64,000 bases of DNA, taken from the IMG/VR virus record IMGVR_UViG_3300043464_001630, positions 62,001-126,000 of that record. One strand, written 5' to 3'. The notes beneath the pieces are model-generated. The model was given only the letters and a program-made list of their open reading frames with translations. It was not told the origin of the DNA and made no database searches. Both the position numbers and the translations under genes were made by a program. Each line of letters starts with the position of its first letter. The stretch's first letter is position 1. Below are positions 17,351 to 27,091 of the stretch, piece by piece.

Positions 17351-19588
17351 TTATGCTGCTGGTGGGGGAGCTGATTCTGCTGGTGGAGGAGTTTCTCCTC
17401 CTTCTGGTGGCGCTCCTTCTTCTCCTCCTTCTGGAGGTGGAGGTGGTGCTCCTCCCATTCCACCCATGCCGCCTCCTCCCATTCCTCCACCCATACCACC
17501 ACTTGGTGGTGCTCCTCCACCTCCGGGGGCTCCTCCTGCTTCTGCTTGCGCAGCTACGGCTTGTTTCCAGTTAGGCCCCATATTTTCAATTTGTGTCAAT
17601 TCCCAACGTAATTCTTTATCTTTTCTCAAGAATTCACGATTCGCTTTGATATCTACATCACTCCATCCCAGATATCTCTTCTGTGCAAAAGAAGGAGAAA
17701 TTGATTCATTAGATGCTAACGAACCGAAATTCTGTACTTTAAGTTCTAGCTTCTGACTTTCTCTAAGTTCGTAGAAGTTCGTCGGAACATTAAATTCAAT
17801 ATGAATAGTTTCTTCTTTTAATTCATATTCTTTCCACATTCCTTTTAATTGTAAATGTGTAATAAATCCATTCTTTAATCCACTTGCAAATATATTTTGT
17901 AAACGAATAATAAAACGTGCAAATTTTAATTCTTCACGAAGCATATCAGCACCATCACGAAATGCATCTTGTGGATCTAAACGAGTCGTAGGAACTTTTA
18001 ATGATTGATAAAGCTTCTTAACGAAGTACATTAAATCTTCCAAATTTCCAAGGTTCGAATTTTTCGTAAATACCCCACAATCAAGGGCAAACGTATGATA
18101 ATCATGATATTTCTCATCGTTATCAATAGTCAGTGTACCTACTTGAATTTTTTCTGATAATTTGTTTATAGTTTTTATATAAACCTCATTATCATCAATA
18201 CTCATCATTTTCTGACCTTCTGTTAGATCTTTGGCTTCTACATTTCCAATTCCATATATAGGAAATTTATGATCTAACGTACATACAACATTTTTACCAT
18301 TAGTAAAAATTATTTCCAATACTTCCGCAGAATCTTGGGTAACTCCAGCCCAAGATACAATTCCTTGTTTAATATCACCAGTCTTGTAATCAACGCTATA
18401 AGACCACAATTCCTTGCCATTTTTAAATTCTTCTGTTATTTCAGAAATAGACAATATTCTTCCATCAGTAAGAAGAACCTTCGTATCCATAGCCAAACAT
18501 CCTCCAGCTAATTGCGTAACACTAGTTCCTTCAGAACCAGCACGTTTTGCAAACCAAAAGTTATCAAGAATTGATTGTGGTTTAAATTTCTGCACAATAC
18601 CAGCTTGATCTGGATCATATGTTTTAGAAGACCAATAATTAGTAATTAATTTACGAAGGTATGCTTCTGCTTTTGGTGCTGGCATGTTTCCAACATCAAC
18701 ATTAAACACCAAACGTTCGGGAGCACGAGCCAAACGATAAATGATAATCGAATCTTCGATCATGGATAATTGGCGATATGCTCTTCTTGCGTTTTCTAAG
18801 AATGGAAGACGCATGGTTTTATTTTCATTCCATACATCAGAATGTACATATGTAATCTGATTTTTATCCATCGGAACGTAATCAATACCAACTTGTTTCA
18901 AAGGATTATTCGGATCAAATTTAGGCTTACGATACAAATATCCCTTTACCATTACATTCTGAACATTAGAAAATACAGGATCAATTAATTCAGTAGGAAC
19001 CTGAACAACTCCCAAAACTCCTTCTTCTACATAATCTTTATGAATAATATGTTCCCAATAAATTTCTCCTTCGACTAATAGCTGACGAAAATAACTCCAG
19101 CCTTTATGTTCGAAGTCGAAATAATTAGTATACTTTAAAAACTCCTTTTCGATGGTTTCTTTTTGGAAATCCGAAAGATTGACATTTCTGTATTTTATTT
19201 TTAAACAGCTACTTGTGTGAGGATCTATATTAATAATTTCATCACAAATCTCATCTAATGCATTAGCAACTTCGGAAAAAGCTGCCATGATACGATAATC
19301 TTTAACACGAGCCAATTTATCCTTTTGGATATTGGCATACATTACTTCACTGTAACGCTTATCAGAAGATACGGTTCCTACGGTTTCGTTGTTAAACTCA
19401 AAATTTTGTGAAATCGAATGGCGGGACAAAACTTCCGCACGTTTCATTCCAGTATCTTCAAAATATCTATACTTCGGATTTAAATTCTGAACCATTTGAT
19501 TTGTATCAAATCCAGAATACGGAAGCTTAGATGAAATATAATTCATCAATTCTTGTCTAAAGGATGTAGATCCATTAATTTCAGCCAT
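17351..19588 (-). CDS. gp20: Portal protein containing a mini-intein
   Basis: YRLARAPERLVFNVDVGNMP..KAE.Y, FVKKLYQSLKVPTTRL, REELKFARFIIRLQ; Gly/Pro-rich tail. Confidence 0.97.
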   Translation of the reverse strand: MAEINGSTSFRQELMNYISSKLPYSGFDTNQMVQNLNPKYRYFEDTGMKRAEVLSRHSISQNFEFNNETVGTVSSDKRYSEVMYANIQKDKLARVKDYRIMAAFSEVANALDEICDEIINIDPHTSSCLKIKYRNVNLSDFQKETIEKEFLKYTNYFDFEHKGWSYFRQLLVEGEIYWEHIIHKDYVEEGVLGVVQVPTELIDPVFSNVQNVMVKGYLYRKPKFDPNNPLKQVGIDYVPMDKNQITYVHSDVWNENKTMRLPFLENARRAYRQLSMIEDSIIIYRLARAPERLVFNVDVGNMPAPKAEAYLRKLITNYWSSKTYDPDQAGIVQKFKPQSILDNFWFAKRAGSEGTSVTQLAGGCLAMDTKVLLTDGRILSISEITEEFKNGKELWSYSVDYKTGDIKQGIVSWAGVTQDSAEVLEIIFTNGKNVVCTLDHKFPIYGIGNVEAKDLTEGQKMMSIDDNEVYIKTINKLSEKIQVGTLTIDNDEKYHDYHTFALDCGVFTKNSNLGNLEDLMYFVKKLYQSLKVPTTRLDPQDAFRDGADMLREELKFARFIIRLQNIFASGLKNGFITHLQLKGMWKEYELKEETIHIEFNVPTNFYELRESQKLELKVQNFGSLASNESISPSFAQKRYLGWSDVDIKANREFLRKDKELRWELTQIENMGPNWKQAVAAQAEAGGAPGGGGAPPSGGMGGGMGGGGMGGMGGAPPPPPEGGEEGAPPEGGETPPPAESAPPPAA
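18059..18499 (-). mobile_element. 147-aa mini-intein in portal (no endonuclease domain)
   Basis: LAGG|CLAMDTKVLLTDG (block A), VCTLDHKF (block B), YHTFALDCGVFTKN|S (blocks F/G, +1 Ser). Confidence 0.92.
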
Positions 19589-19632
19589 GAATCTATTTAC
19601 TCTGACTTATACCAAAAGATATTTACTTCTTT

Positions 19633-21222
19633 TCACGGTTTGTTATTTTTATTTTTATTTCGAGATTCCGTGAAGAATGTTTTAAAGGATTCTAATTTAG
19701 TTGAGTTTCTCTGTTTAGATTTTTCCATAGCTTCTATGATATCTACATCTGTAAATTTTACAGGATTGTAATTAGAATCGAACATTAGTACTATCTGGGG
19801 TGCTCCTTCTAGTGTAGTTAATTTATTATAACTACAATCAAATGTACCATTTACTTCGTGTGGTGCCCCTTCTAGTGTAGTTAATTTATTATAACTACAA
19901 TCAAATGTACCGCCGACTTTTTTCGGCGAGCCTTCTAATGAAGTTAATCTATTTTTTCTACACAAGAATCCACCATATGTATTCTGAGGTGCTCCTTCTA
20001 ATGAAGTTAATTGATTATCAGAACAATCAAACGAACCATATACAATTTCAGCAGGAGCACCTCGCAAATTAGTTAATTTATTTTTTCTACAATCAAAAGT
20101 TCCGATAACTTTTTTTGGTGCTCCTTCTAATGTGGTTAACAAATTATCTTCACAAGAAAACTTACCAGTACATGTAATATTACTAAAATCTGGTAATTTT
20201 TTAATTAACATATTTGATATATTGATATCAGAATCAATAAATCCGTTTTTTATTTTACTAGCATAATAAGAAAATCTAGCCTCTTGGAAAGGTATTATTT
20301 CGAGTTCATATAATTTTTTAAATTCTTTGGTATCTTCGTGATAAAATTTTCCTTTCCATTCCAACATTCCTATATTTTTACCATCAGATACAACTGTGAA
20401 ATTTTGATCTTCTATAAATTTTCTACAAGCTTTCCTATATCTTTCGCTAACTTCTCGGTTTGCTGGCCCTTTTATTTGAACTATATGAAATTTTTTTTCT
20501 CCATATACTTTGTTTAATTCGAATGTTACTGATGGATGATTGTGTTTTTTGGGATCTCTTAAAGAATATATAAGCAATTCACCTTCTTTATATCTTTTAA
20601 AATAACGACTCTCTCCACCTTCAATCCTAGTTACTTTAGTCTCTCCTGCTGCTTGCCCCACACAGTGCCCCATGTACATACTTTCTTCTCTAAAAGCTTT
20701 ATTTGAAATTAACTTCCAAACTGGATAACCCTCATAAACTCCAACTACTTCGTAATCTACTCCATCTACACTCTCTAGTTTAGCCTTCTCAGCCTTCTCA
20801 GAGGATCGTTCCATTTCTTGATCCCACTTTTGTACTTCCTCAAACATCTGAGGAACAGTTACTTTAAATAAAGATTTTAAATAATTTTCGTCTTTAGTCT
20901 CTAAAAAATCTATTAAGTGCAATAAACGATCTTTGTACTCTGGTGCGAACTGATTGAATTGGTATATACCTTCTTTCTTAGCCCATTCTGGATCGGTATC
21001 TTTAGCTTGATAAGGAGATATGAATCCAATCTTTTGGTTATCATCAGCAGGTGACTGAAACCATTTAATATAGGTTTTTAAAAACCAATCTTTAATCTGT
21101 GAATTCTGTACGTTCTTTTCTTTTAAAATATTTTCTAATTCTAAATGTAAAGGATCTTTGGAAATTAAATTAGCTTCATGTAAGCTAGTGTATTTTTCCC
21201 ATATTAATACGGAATCATTCAT
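19633..21222 (-). CDS. Late protein with PcfJ-like domain and C-terminal leucine-rich repeats
   Basis: ESMYMGHCVG...LIYSLRD...VTFEL...VQIKGPAN; about six FDCxxNxLTxLEGAP repeats of 21-22 aa. Confidence 0.75.
   Translation of the reverse strand: MNDSVLIWEKYTSLHEANLISKDPLHLELENILKEKNVQNSQIKDWFLKTYIKWFQSPADDNQKIGFISPYQAKDTDPEWAKKEGIYQFNQFAPEYKDRLLHLIDFLETKDENYLKSLFKVTVPQMFEEVQKWDQEMERSSEKAEKAKLESVDGVDYEVVGVYEGYPVWKLISNKAFREESMYMGHCVGQAAGETKVTRIEGGESRYFKRYKEGELLIYSLRDPKKHNHPSVTFELNKVYGEKKFHIVQIKGPANREVSERYRKACRKFIEDQNFTVVSDGKNIGMLEWKGKFYHEDTKEFKKLYELEIIPFQEARFSYYASKIKNGFIDSDINISNMLIKKLPDFSNITCTGKFSCEDNLLTTLEGAPKKVIGTFDCRKNKLTNLRGAPAEIVYGSFDCSDNQLTSLEGAPQNTYGGFLCRKNRLTSLEGSPKKVGGTFDCSYNKLTTLEGAPHEVNGTFDCSYNKLTTLEGAPQIVLMFDSNYNPVKFTDVDIIEAMEKSKQRNSTKLESFKTFFTESRNKNKNNKP
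19805..19911. repeat. Exact 44-nt direct repeat at 63-nt spacing inside the LRR gene
   Basis: CCTTCTAGTGTAGTTAATTTATTATAACTACAATCAAATGTACC at 19805-19848 and 19868-19911. Confidence 0.95.
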
Positions 21223-21247
21223 GAAATTATTTATTTATAAACTATAT

Positions 21248-22369
21248 TTACAAACTATGATATAAGAATGTATCTATACTGTTTGTGTCTTTCCAGCCCA
21301 CTGGATTCACTACTACTAAATTAAAGTCTCCTTCGGCAGACAACGGAGGAAGATTTAAATGTATTACATTCTCGCTCATTATAGTGTAATAAGAACTTGG
21401 AATTAAAAATCCACTTACTGTTGGATAATATTCAAAATCAAACGAAGTTAATGTTTCATACATACTAGTCACATTTGTGCTGATCAATATACATGTAGTA
21501 TATTGCAACATTTCTCCTAATATGTTAAATGAAAGATTTTGATCTTTTGTTTTCTTTACAGTAGAGTTTCCGACCAATTCTATCGGATATGTATTATTAC
21601 GATTTAACGAATAGATATTTGTTAATAAAGGTGCTGCTGAAATAGATATAGTATCCATTTCTGTTAAATCTCCACTCAATGTAGGATACAGATCATAGTC
21701 TAATTTAAATCTATTTGTTAAATGGAAATTAGAATCAATAAAGTATATGGTTTTATTCAGGTCTTTAGGAACCGCAGGAAATAACCATCCTTTAATAGTA
21801 AAATTAGTAGTAGACTGAAATCTTGGCTTGTCTGTGGGTTGTAGTTCTATTGGTTGTTCTACTGAAATAGAACCACTCCACAACACTTCAGAACGTATCT
21901 CACTCAATTCTGATAAACCAAATTCAAGTGGTATTTTCCAAGAAATAACAAGATAAGGATTGGAATAAGGAACAAAATTCGAAAGAATCTGATCCATATC
22001 ACTCTGATAATTTGTTAATATGGTAACAGTTACTCCAAGATTAATTGGAATAGGCATTGGTACACGAGTAGACATTTTATCGACTCCTCGTGTAACTGGA
22101 GTATAAAATCCCTCGATCTTATTAAAAACTCTGTTCTCGTCTCTATCTATCGATGAAACATTAACTGCTATTACTGGTACAGTAATGTTCTGGGATTTGT
22201 TTATTATATCTAACAGAACTCTTTGTACTGGAGCATTGACATATCTTACTTTTAATTGTTCTTGCTCTTCACGATTTTTATTGTAACGAGAAATTACAAC
22301 ATCATCCATTGCCGCAACAAATTGCGTCAAAAGATCGTGTATTTCAAAATGAAATCCTTTATTGTACAT
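21248..22369 (-). CDS. gp15: Tail terminator / sheath-stabilising protein with C-terminal extension
   Basis: FVAAMDDVVISR, KVRYVNAP.QR, PIPINLGVTVTILTNYQSDMDQILSNFVPY, NFTIKGWLF. Confidence 0.85.
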   Translation of the reverse strand: MYNKGFHFEIHDLLTQFVAAMDDVVISRYNKNREEQEQLKVRYVNAPVQRVLLDIINKSQNITVPVIAVNVSSIDRDENRVFNKIEGFYTPVTRGVDKMSTRVPMPIPINLGVTVTILTNYQSDMDQILSNFVPYSNPYLVISWKIPLEFGLSELSEIRSEVLWSGSISVEQPIELQPTDKPRFQSTTNFTIKGWLFPAVPKDLNKTIYFIDSNFHLTNRFKLDYDLYPTLSGDLTEMDTISISAAPLLTNIYSLNRNNTYPIELVGNSTVKKTKDQNLSFNILGEMLQYTTCILISTNVTSMYETLTSFDFEYYPTVSGFLIPSSYYTIMSENVIHLNLPPLSAEGDFNLVVVNPVGWKDTNSIDTFLYHSL

Positions 22370-22401
22370 GCTCCTCTATTATTTAGCGGAACAATCACAA
22401 G

Positions 22402-24036
22402 TTAAACGAACCTAGCCAAGAAATAGCGTGGGAGTTTTCTTGCTGATCTGAGTACCGCATCGGTAATAGATCCATCCAAGATATACGTGATACATTTGTC
22501 GTTTTTTGTACGAACCCCACGACCACAAGCCTGAATCAAATTGTTCAGCATCTTGTTTACGTACCAGTCAGGATCTTCTTTAAACAAACGCTTTATTCTT
22601 TCGTCATTTAATGGCATGTATGCAGCTTTCATCAAAATCTGAAATCTAGCCAAATCTTCTTTCAAATCCACCCCGAAAGCCATAGACGGACTCACTAATA
22701 CAGTAGGTTCTGGAGATTCGAAGTGCTGTTTAATAATACTTTCGTTATTCTGTCCATCAATTCTGAACAAAAATCTAGGATCGTTTGTACGATCTTTTAG
22801 ATATTGAGTGATCTCCATAGTATGAGTATGGATAATACCTTTTTGGTTTTTATGAAGCTCGCAAATCTTTAATACGTTCTCACATAATTTAGGAAGCTTT
22901 TCTTTTAAATTTTTGAAATTTATCTTGTCTCCCACTTTTACATAAATCGGAGCACTTTTAGGATCAAATCCAGAATCCACTTCAATGTATTTGTATTTTT
23001 TAATTCCTAGAGTTTTAGCAAAATTAGCAGGATCAATAATTGTTGCAGACATTAACAATACTTTATCTCCAAATCTGAAGATACTATCAGATAGTTTGTC
23101 AACACGAAGTGGCTTTAATGTCACTCCTTCTAAATTATGTTCGATTACGTATTCACATTCTTCCCATGTATCTAAAGTTACTTTGATTTGAGAATGTAAA
23201 TTACTAAAAAGCTTATAACGCTGAACATCAGAATCGACAAACGTACTCTTCTTCTTTTTGTTCAGAATCTTTTTTAGTTCTTCTACTTCTGTTCCTAAAT
23301 TAATCTTAACACTTTCCAACCAAACTCTGAACTTTTTGTAATTCTCTACTGGTACGTCTTGTGGACGAAATCCTAATCTTTTTAAGATTTTATAATTCAA
23401 ATTTCTACTGAAACGCTTAACCAGTTCGTCTTCTAGTTCAGAAGCCTCATCACACACTATATATTCTCTTCTCTTTACATGATCTGGAAGAGACATAAAC
23501 ATGCTGTAATTTAGAATTCCAAACTTGTTAATCAGCGTGTCTCTTCTACTATTGTAGTAATCGCAGCGAGAATTCAGAATACATCCTTCTTTTAATTTTG
23601 CATTAAAAAGACAAGGAGCTACTTCTACATCACAACTAGGATCAACCCTACAAAGATAGCTACTCTTGCCTTTCAAAGAAAAGGCATCATTGAAACTGTT
23701 TGTATATTGATCCTGCAATCCTTTTGTGATAGTCAACGCAAACGCACCAAAAGGTGGTTCGTCACGACATTCATCTGCTTTAAAATAATCTCCGTATTGA
23801 TCAGCTCTGAATGCATTGTACGATTCTACAAGAGTTCTGAACTTCTCTGTAACTTCACCAGAGAAGTTTGCTAATGTTTTAGAAAGAAATGATTTACCAC
23901 TTCCTGTAGGCGCACAGCAAATTACAAATTTATATCCACTATTGAATGCTTCATCAATACTTTCTATTAAAGTTACTTGTTCTTTAGAAGGTTCGAATTT
24001 ACCACCTTCGTAAGGAAAATAATCAATCAACGGCAT
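22402..24036 (-). CDS. DinG/YoaA/XPD-family SF2 helicase
   Basis: APTGSGKS, Cys cluster (YLC...CDVEVAPC...CILNSRC), VCDEASELE, SATI, SPSMAFGVDL, QACGRGVR..ND.C.TYILD. Confidence 0.9.
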   Translation of the reverse strand: MPLIDYFPYEGGKFEPSKEQVTLIESIDEAFNSGYKFVICCAPTGSGKSFLSKTLANFSGEVTEKFRTLVESYNAFRADQYGDYFKADECRDEPPFGAFALTITKGLQDQYTNSFNDAFSLKGKSSYLCRVDPSCDVEVAPCLFNAKLKEGCILNSRCDYYNSRRDTLINKFGILNYSMFMSLPDHVKRREYIVCDEASELEDELVKRFSRNLNYKILKRLGFRPQDVPVENYKKFRVWLESVKINLGTEVEELKKILNKKKKSTFVDSDVQRYKLFSNLHSQIKVTLDTWEECEYVIEHNLEGVTLKPLRVDKLSDSIFRFGDKVLLMSATIIDPANFAKTLGIKKYKYIEVDSGFDPKSAPIYVKVGDKINFKNLKEKLPKLCENVLKICELHKNQKGIIHTHTMEITQYLKDRTNDPRFLFRIDGQNNESIIKQHFESPEPTVLVSPSMAFGVDLKEDLARFQILMKAAYMPLNDERIKRLFKEDPDWYVNKMLNNLIQACGRGVRTKNDKCITYILDGSITDAVLRSARKLPRYFLARFV

Positions 24037-24051
24037 TCAGACATCCTACTG

Positions 24052-24408
24052 CTAGACAACAGAAAGATCAAGGGAATTTTTTTCGAACATCATAACCTTG
24101 TTGTTGTAAAATCTAGACACTTGATTCTTATTCAATGACAATAACCTATAATACAATTCCGAATCGTTCTTAGAAATAGACTCGATTTTATAATCAAATG
24201 TTAAATAATTCTTCTCTCGATCTATATTAAATGGATAAGGAAGTTCGTACTTTTTATTATCTCCGTTACTGTTTTTTAAATGAAAAATTAAGTAATAATC
24301 TTTTTGCGAAAAGAGAATTAATTTTCCTTCTTTAATTATTTTATTATCCATCGAAAACACTACGTCTCTTTGTAAAAAATAATTAAACTTACTTTCGATA
24401 TTATGCAT
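24052..24408 (-). CDS. Hypothetical protein
   Basis: 118-aa ORF, TAAATA-N6-ATG. Confidence 0.7.
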   Translation of the reverse strand: MHNIESKFNYFLQRDVVFSMDNKIIKEGKLILFSQKDYYLIFHLKNSNGDNKKYELPYPFNIDREKNYLTFDYKIESISKNDSELYYRLLSLNKNQVSRFYNNKVMMFEKNSLDLSVV

Positions 24409-24446
24409 TTGTGATATTTAGGATCATAATACAAATGATCAACAAA

Positions 24447-24932
24447 CTAATCCATCCATGCGTATCTTTCTGATTGAGACATTGAGAGATATGCATTATT
24501 TAAAATATATTTTCTTATAAAGTTCAATCCACCCATGAAATTGTCTTTTGGATCTACTTTTACCCACATTAAACTTATTGGATGTAAAAACAATCCTTTT
24601 TTCATCCAAACCCTTATGTCTTTTTGATTCACTGCGTATTTGTGAATCATGTATGTATCATCTAAGTTTACGTTACGATGATCATGCATTAATATATCCC
24701 ACGTAGTTACTAAATTATATCTACGAGCATCAAATGGTGGTGGATTTTTTGGTATTCTAAACAACAAACGAGTTGCTCCGTGAAATGAACGAAGCAACTC
24801 GTTAGAATTTGTACACAACATTCTCCTATAAACAGGACGATCTCTAACTAATATCCTGCGACGTTTTATGAAAACTTCACAGAGATTATTTCTCAAATCA
24901 TTTTCTAAAGTAGAGAGAGACAGTTTCTGCAC
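24447..24932 (-). CDS. Hypothetical protein, possibly WYL_2/SH3-like
   Basis: GTG start at 24932 from TAAATA-N5; L.NNLCEV.I.....RRMLCT recalls phage WYL_2 proteins. Confidence 0.5.
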   Translation of the reverse strand: MQKLSLSTLENDLRNNLCEVFIKRRRILVRDRPVYRRMLCTNSNELLRSFHGATRLLFRIPKNPPPFDARRYNLVTTWDILMHDHRNVNLDDTYMIHKYAVNQKDIRVWMKKGLFLHPISLMWVKVDPKDNFMGGLNFIRKYILNNAYLSMSQSERYAWMD

Positions 24933-24936
24933 ATAA

Positions 24937-25365
24937 CTATTTAGTTTTAGAAGACTCTTTCTTCTTAGCAATTCCGAACATGCGCTGTTCGTTCAGAAAC
25001 ATTCCCTTTTTTACCTTTCCGTATCCGTCAATTTCTAGATTAGCAACCGATACTCCTTTATCATTCGGAAAGATGACGATATCGTCTTTCTTGCAGTAAG
25101 ACACGTTAGGCCCAGTTAACACGACTTTCGCCTTCCTCCATGCCTTTGTATTCACGTTAGTTGGAACATACAGTCCATTACGCATTACAGCAGATCCCTT
25201 AGAATCTTCTACTTCATCAACAAATTCAACTAAAACAATGTCATCGAACACGAAAAAAAGCTTATAATCATCTAGTCCGAAAAATCCTTCGGAATTTGCA
25301 TCTAGATCGATCATTCCTTTTTTATGCTTAACATTATCCATGTGAGAAGGTACTTCTATAGCCAT
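24937..25365 (-). CDS. GroES-like co-chaperonin (gp31-like)
   Basis: DDIVLVE...GLYVP...KAKVVLTGP......DDIVIF pattern. Confidence 0.75.
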   Translation of the reverse strand: MAIEVPSHMDNVKHKKGMIDLDANSEGFFGLDDYKLFFVFDDIVLVEFVDEVEDSKGSAVMRNGLYVPTNVNTKAWRKAKVVLTGPNVSYCKKDDIVIFPNDKGVSVANLEIDGYGKVKKGMFLNEQRMFGIAKKKESSKTK

Positions 25366-25404
25366 GAAAATAGTTAAGACACTATTTTAAGAAATCAAGA
25401 ATGT

Positions 25405-26244
25405 TTATATTGTTTGTATCAAATAATTTTTGTATTCTGAATTAGGAAGACCGTTTAATAAATTAGAAAATTCAATCTTATTTATAAAATGCTTATTAAA
25501 TGCGATTTCTTCTAAACATGCTATCTTAATTCCTTGACGAGCTTGAATAGTTTCTACATAAGAAGAAGCTTGATGTAGTGTAGAAGGAACGCCAGCATCT
25601 AGCCAAACAAATCCTCTGTCTAATTTACTTACGTATAACCTGTCATTTTCAAGGTATACTTTATTCAAATCAGTAATTTCCAATTCTCCTCTTGGAGATG
25701 GTTTTAAATTTTTTGAGATATCAATTACTTCATTGTCATAAATGTATAGACCGGGAATAGCAAATTTACTTACAAATTCTTTAGGCTTTTCTACCAACAT
25801 TGTTGCCTTTCCGTTCTCGTCAAATTTTACAACTCCGTAATCTTGTGGATTACTAACTTCGTAGGCAAATACTTTTGCTCCAGTGAAGAAAGTGAAATCT
25901 ATGTTTCCGTGAAAAATATTATCACCAAGAATCAACATCACTGAATCATTTCCGATGAAATCTTCGGCAATAATGAAAGATTGAGCAATACCATCAGGCT
26001 TTTCTTGAATTTCATATGTAATATCCAAACCAAGATGTCTGCCGTTCTTTAATAATTTTTTATATGCAGGAACATAATCAGGAGAAGATATAATGCAAAC
26101 TTCCTGAATACCAGCATTCATTAATGTTGCCATTGGATAATAAATCAATGGTACATCATATACCGGCAATAATTGTTTATTGACGGATTGTGTTAATGGA
26201 TAAAGACGAGATCCAGTTCCTCCTGCTAAAATAATTCCTTTCAT
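25405..26244 (-). CDS. rmlA: Glucose-1-phosphate thymidylyltransferase
   Basis: MKGIILAGGTGSRLYPLT..VNKQLLPVYD.P.IYYP, EKPDGIAQ, VEKP, KPSPRGELEITD, WLDAG. Confidence 0.97.
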   Translation of the reverse strand: MKGIILAGGTGSRLYPLTQSVNKQLLPVYDVPLIYYPMATLMNAGIQEVCIISSPDYVPAYKKLLKNGRHLGLDITYEIQEKPDGIAQSFIIAEDFIGNDSVMLILGDNIFHGNIDFTFFTGAKVFAYEVSNPQDYGVVKFDENGKATMLVEKPKEFVSKFAIPGLYIYDNEVIDISKNLKPSPRGELEITDLNKVYLENDRLYVSKLDRGFVWLDAGVPSTLHQASSYVETIQARQGIKIACLEEIAFNKHFINKIEFSNLLNGLPNSEYKNYLIQTI

Positions 26245-26615
26245 CCTAGTAATTCTAATAATTTAATATTTTCTTCTAATTCTCTTTTAGACATCTCCAT
26301 AGCTTTTGCAATTAAAGCTAATTCGGTATCTTCTTTTTTAGGTTCTTCTTTGGTTTTCTTAATATAATTAATTCGTTTCTTTTTAACTTTTGGAAACAGG
26401 TTTAGTACAAATTGGTACTGCTCTTCTTTCGTCTGAAATAATTTACCGTATTTGTTCGATGTTTCGTTGATGATGTAAGCAACATCGGAAGAATACATAG
26501 AACCCCAGCGATTAAGCATATACAAATTGAATTGAGTTTCGCCTTCATTGATGGTATTTAGTTTCTTCTTTGTAAAAAGAACAGAATCTATATAATTAAA
26601 AATAGTGTCATCCAT
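26241..26615 (-). CDS. gp62: Clamp loader small subunit
   Basis: FNLYMLNRWGSM...QYQF.LN..PK.KK.RINYIKK helical pattern of T4-like gp62. Confidence 0.75.
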   Translation of the reverse strand: MDDTIFNYIDSVLFTKKKLNTINEGETQFNLYMLNRWGSMYSSDVAYIINETSNKYGKLFQTKEEQYQFVLNLFPKVKKKRINYIKKTKEEPKKEDTELALIAKAMEMSKRELEENIKLLELLG

Positions 26616-27091
26616 TATCGTTTCAAATTAATATAACAAGCTTCTTTACTATACATGTTTTGTTCGAAAATTTCTTCTAGTTCTTCTTTAGAAGAAGGAT
26701 GAATAGATTTGATATTTTTGAAATTACTCATGATGCTTAAATCATCTTCAGCCCAATGACTGAAACCATCATGTGAGTAATCTTTATCTCTTCCAGATCC
26801 GATAAGCTTTACTGGAATTTTTTCTTCATTCAAGTAATTTCTGATTAATTCAAAAGGTCTGTACAGAAGAAAAGGTGTGATACTATAACACACTGGAATT
26901 TTCCCATCAAGAGCCAAACCAACAGCAGCACCAATCATTAATTGCTCTGCTGCGCCAACATTATAGCAACGATCTGGATATTTTTGTAAAATATTATCAA
27001 AAAACCTAAATCCCAAATCTGCTGTTAAAAAATAAGCATTGGGTTCTTTCTCGATAAAGTTTTCAATTAAATTTGCGAATGTTTTTCTCAT
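26615..27091 (-). CDS. Transketolase-like, pyrimidine-binding subunit
   Basis: FLTADLG, YNVGAAEQLMIGAAVGLA, PFLLYRPFE.IR, HDGFSH. Confidence 0.9.
   Translation of the reverse strand: MRKTFANLIENFIEKEPNAYFLTADLGFRFFDNILQKYPDRCYNVGAAEQLMIGAAVGLALDGKIPVCYSITPFLLYRPFELIRNYLNEEKIPVKLIGSGRDKDYSHDGFSHWAEDDLSIMSNFKNIKSIHPSSKEELEEIFEQNMYSKEACYINLKR

Noticed and set aside
17299-17756. Short ORFs in alternative frames over the portal C-terminus (poly-Leu, poly-Glu/His, poly-Pro)
   Set aside because: By-products of the GC-rich Gly/Pro/Met low-complexity tail of gp20
19805-19911. Direct repeats that could resemble a mini CRISPR array
   Set aside because: Only two exact copies, in frame at 63 nt inside an LRR coding region; no cas genes or unique spacers
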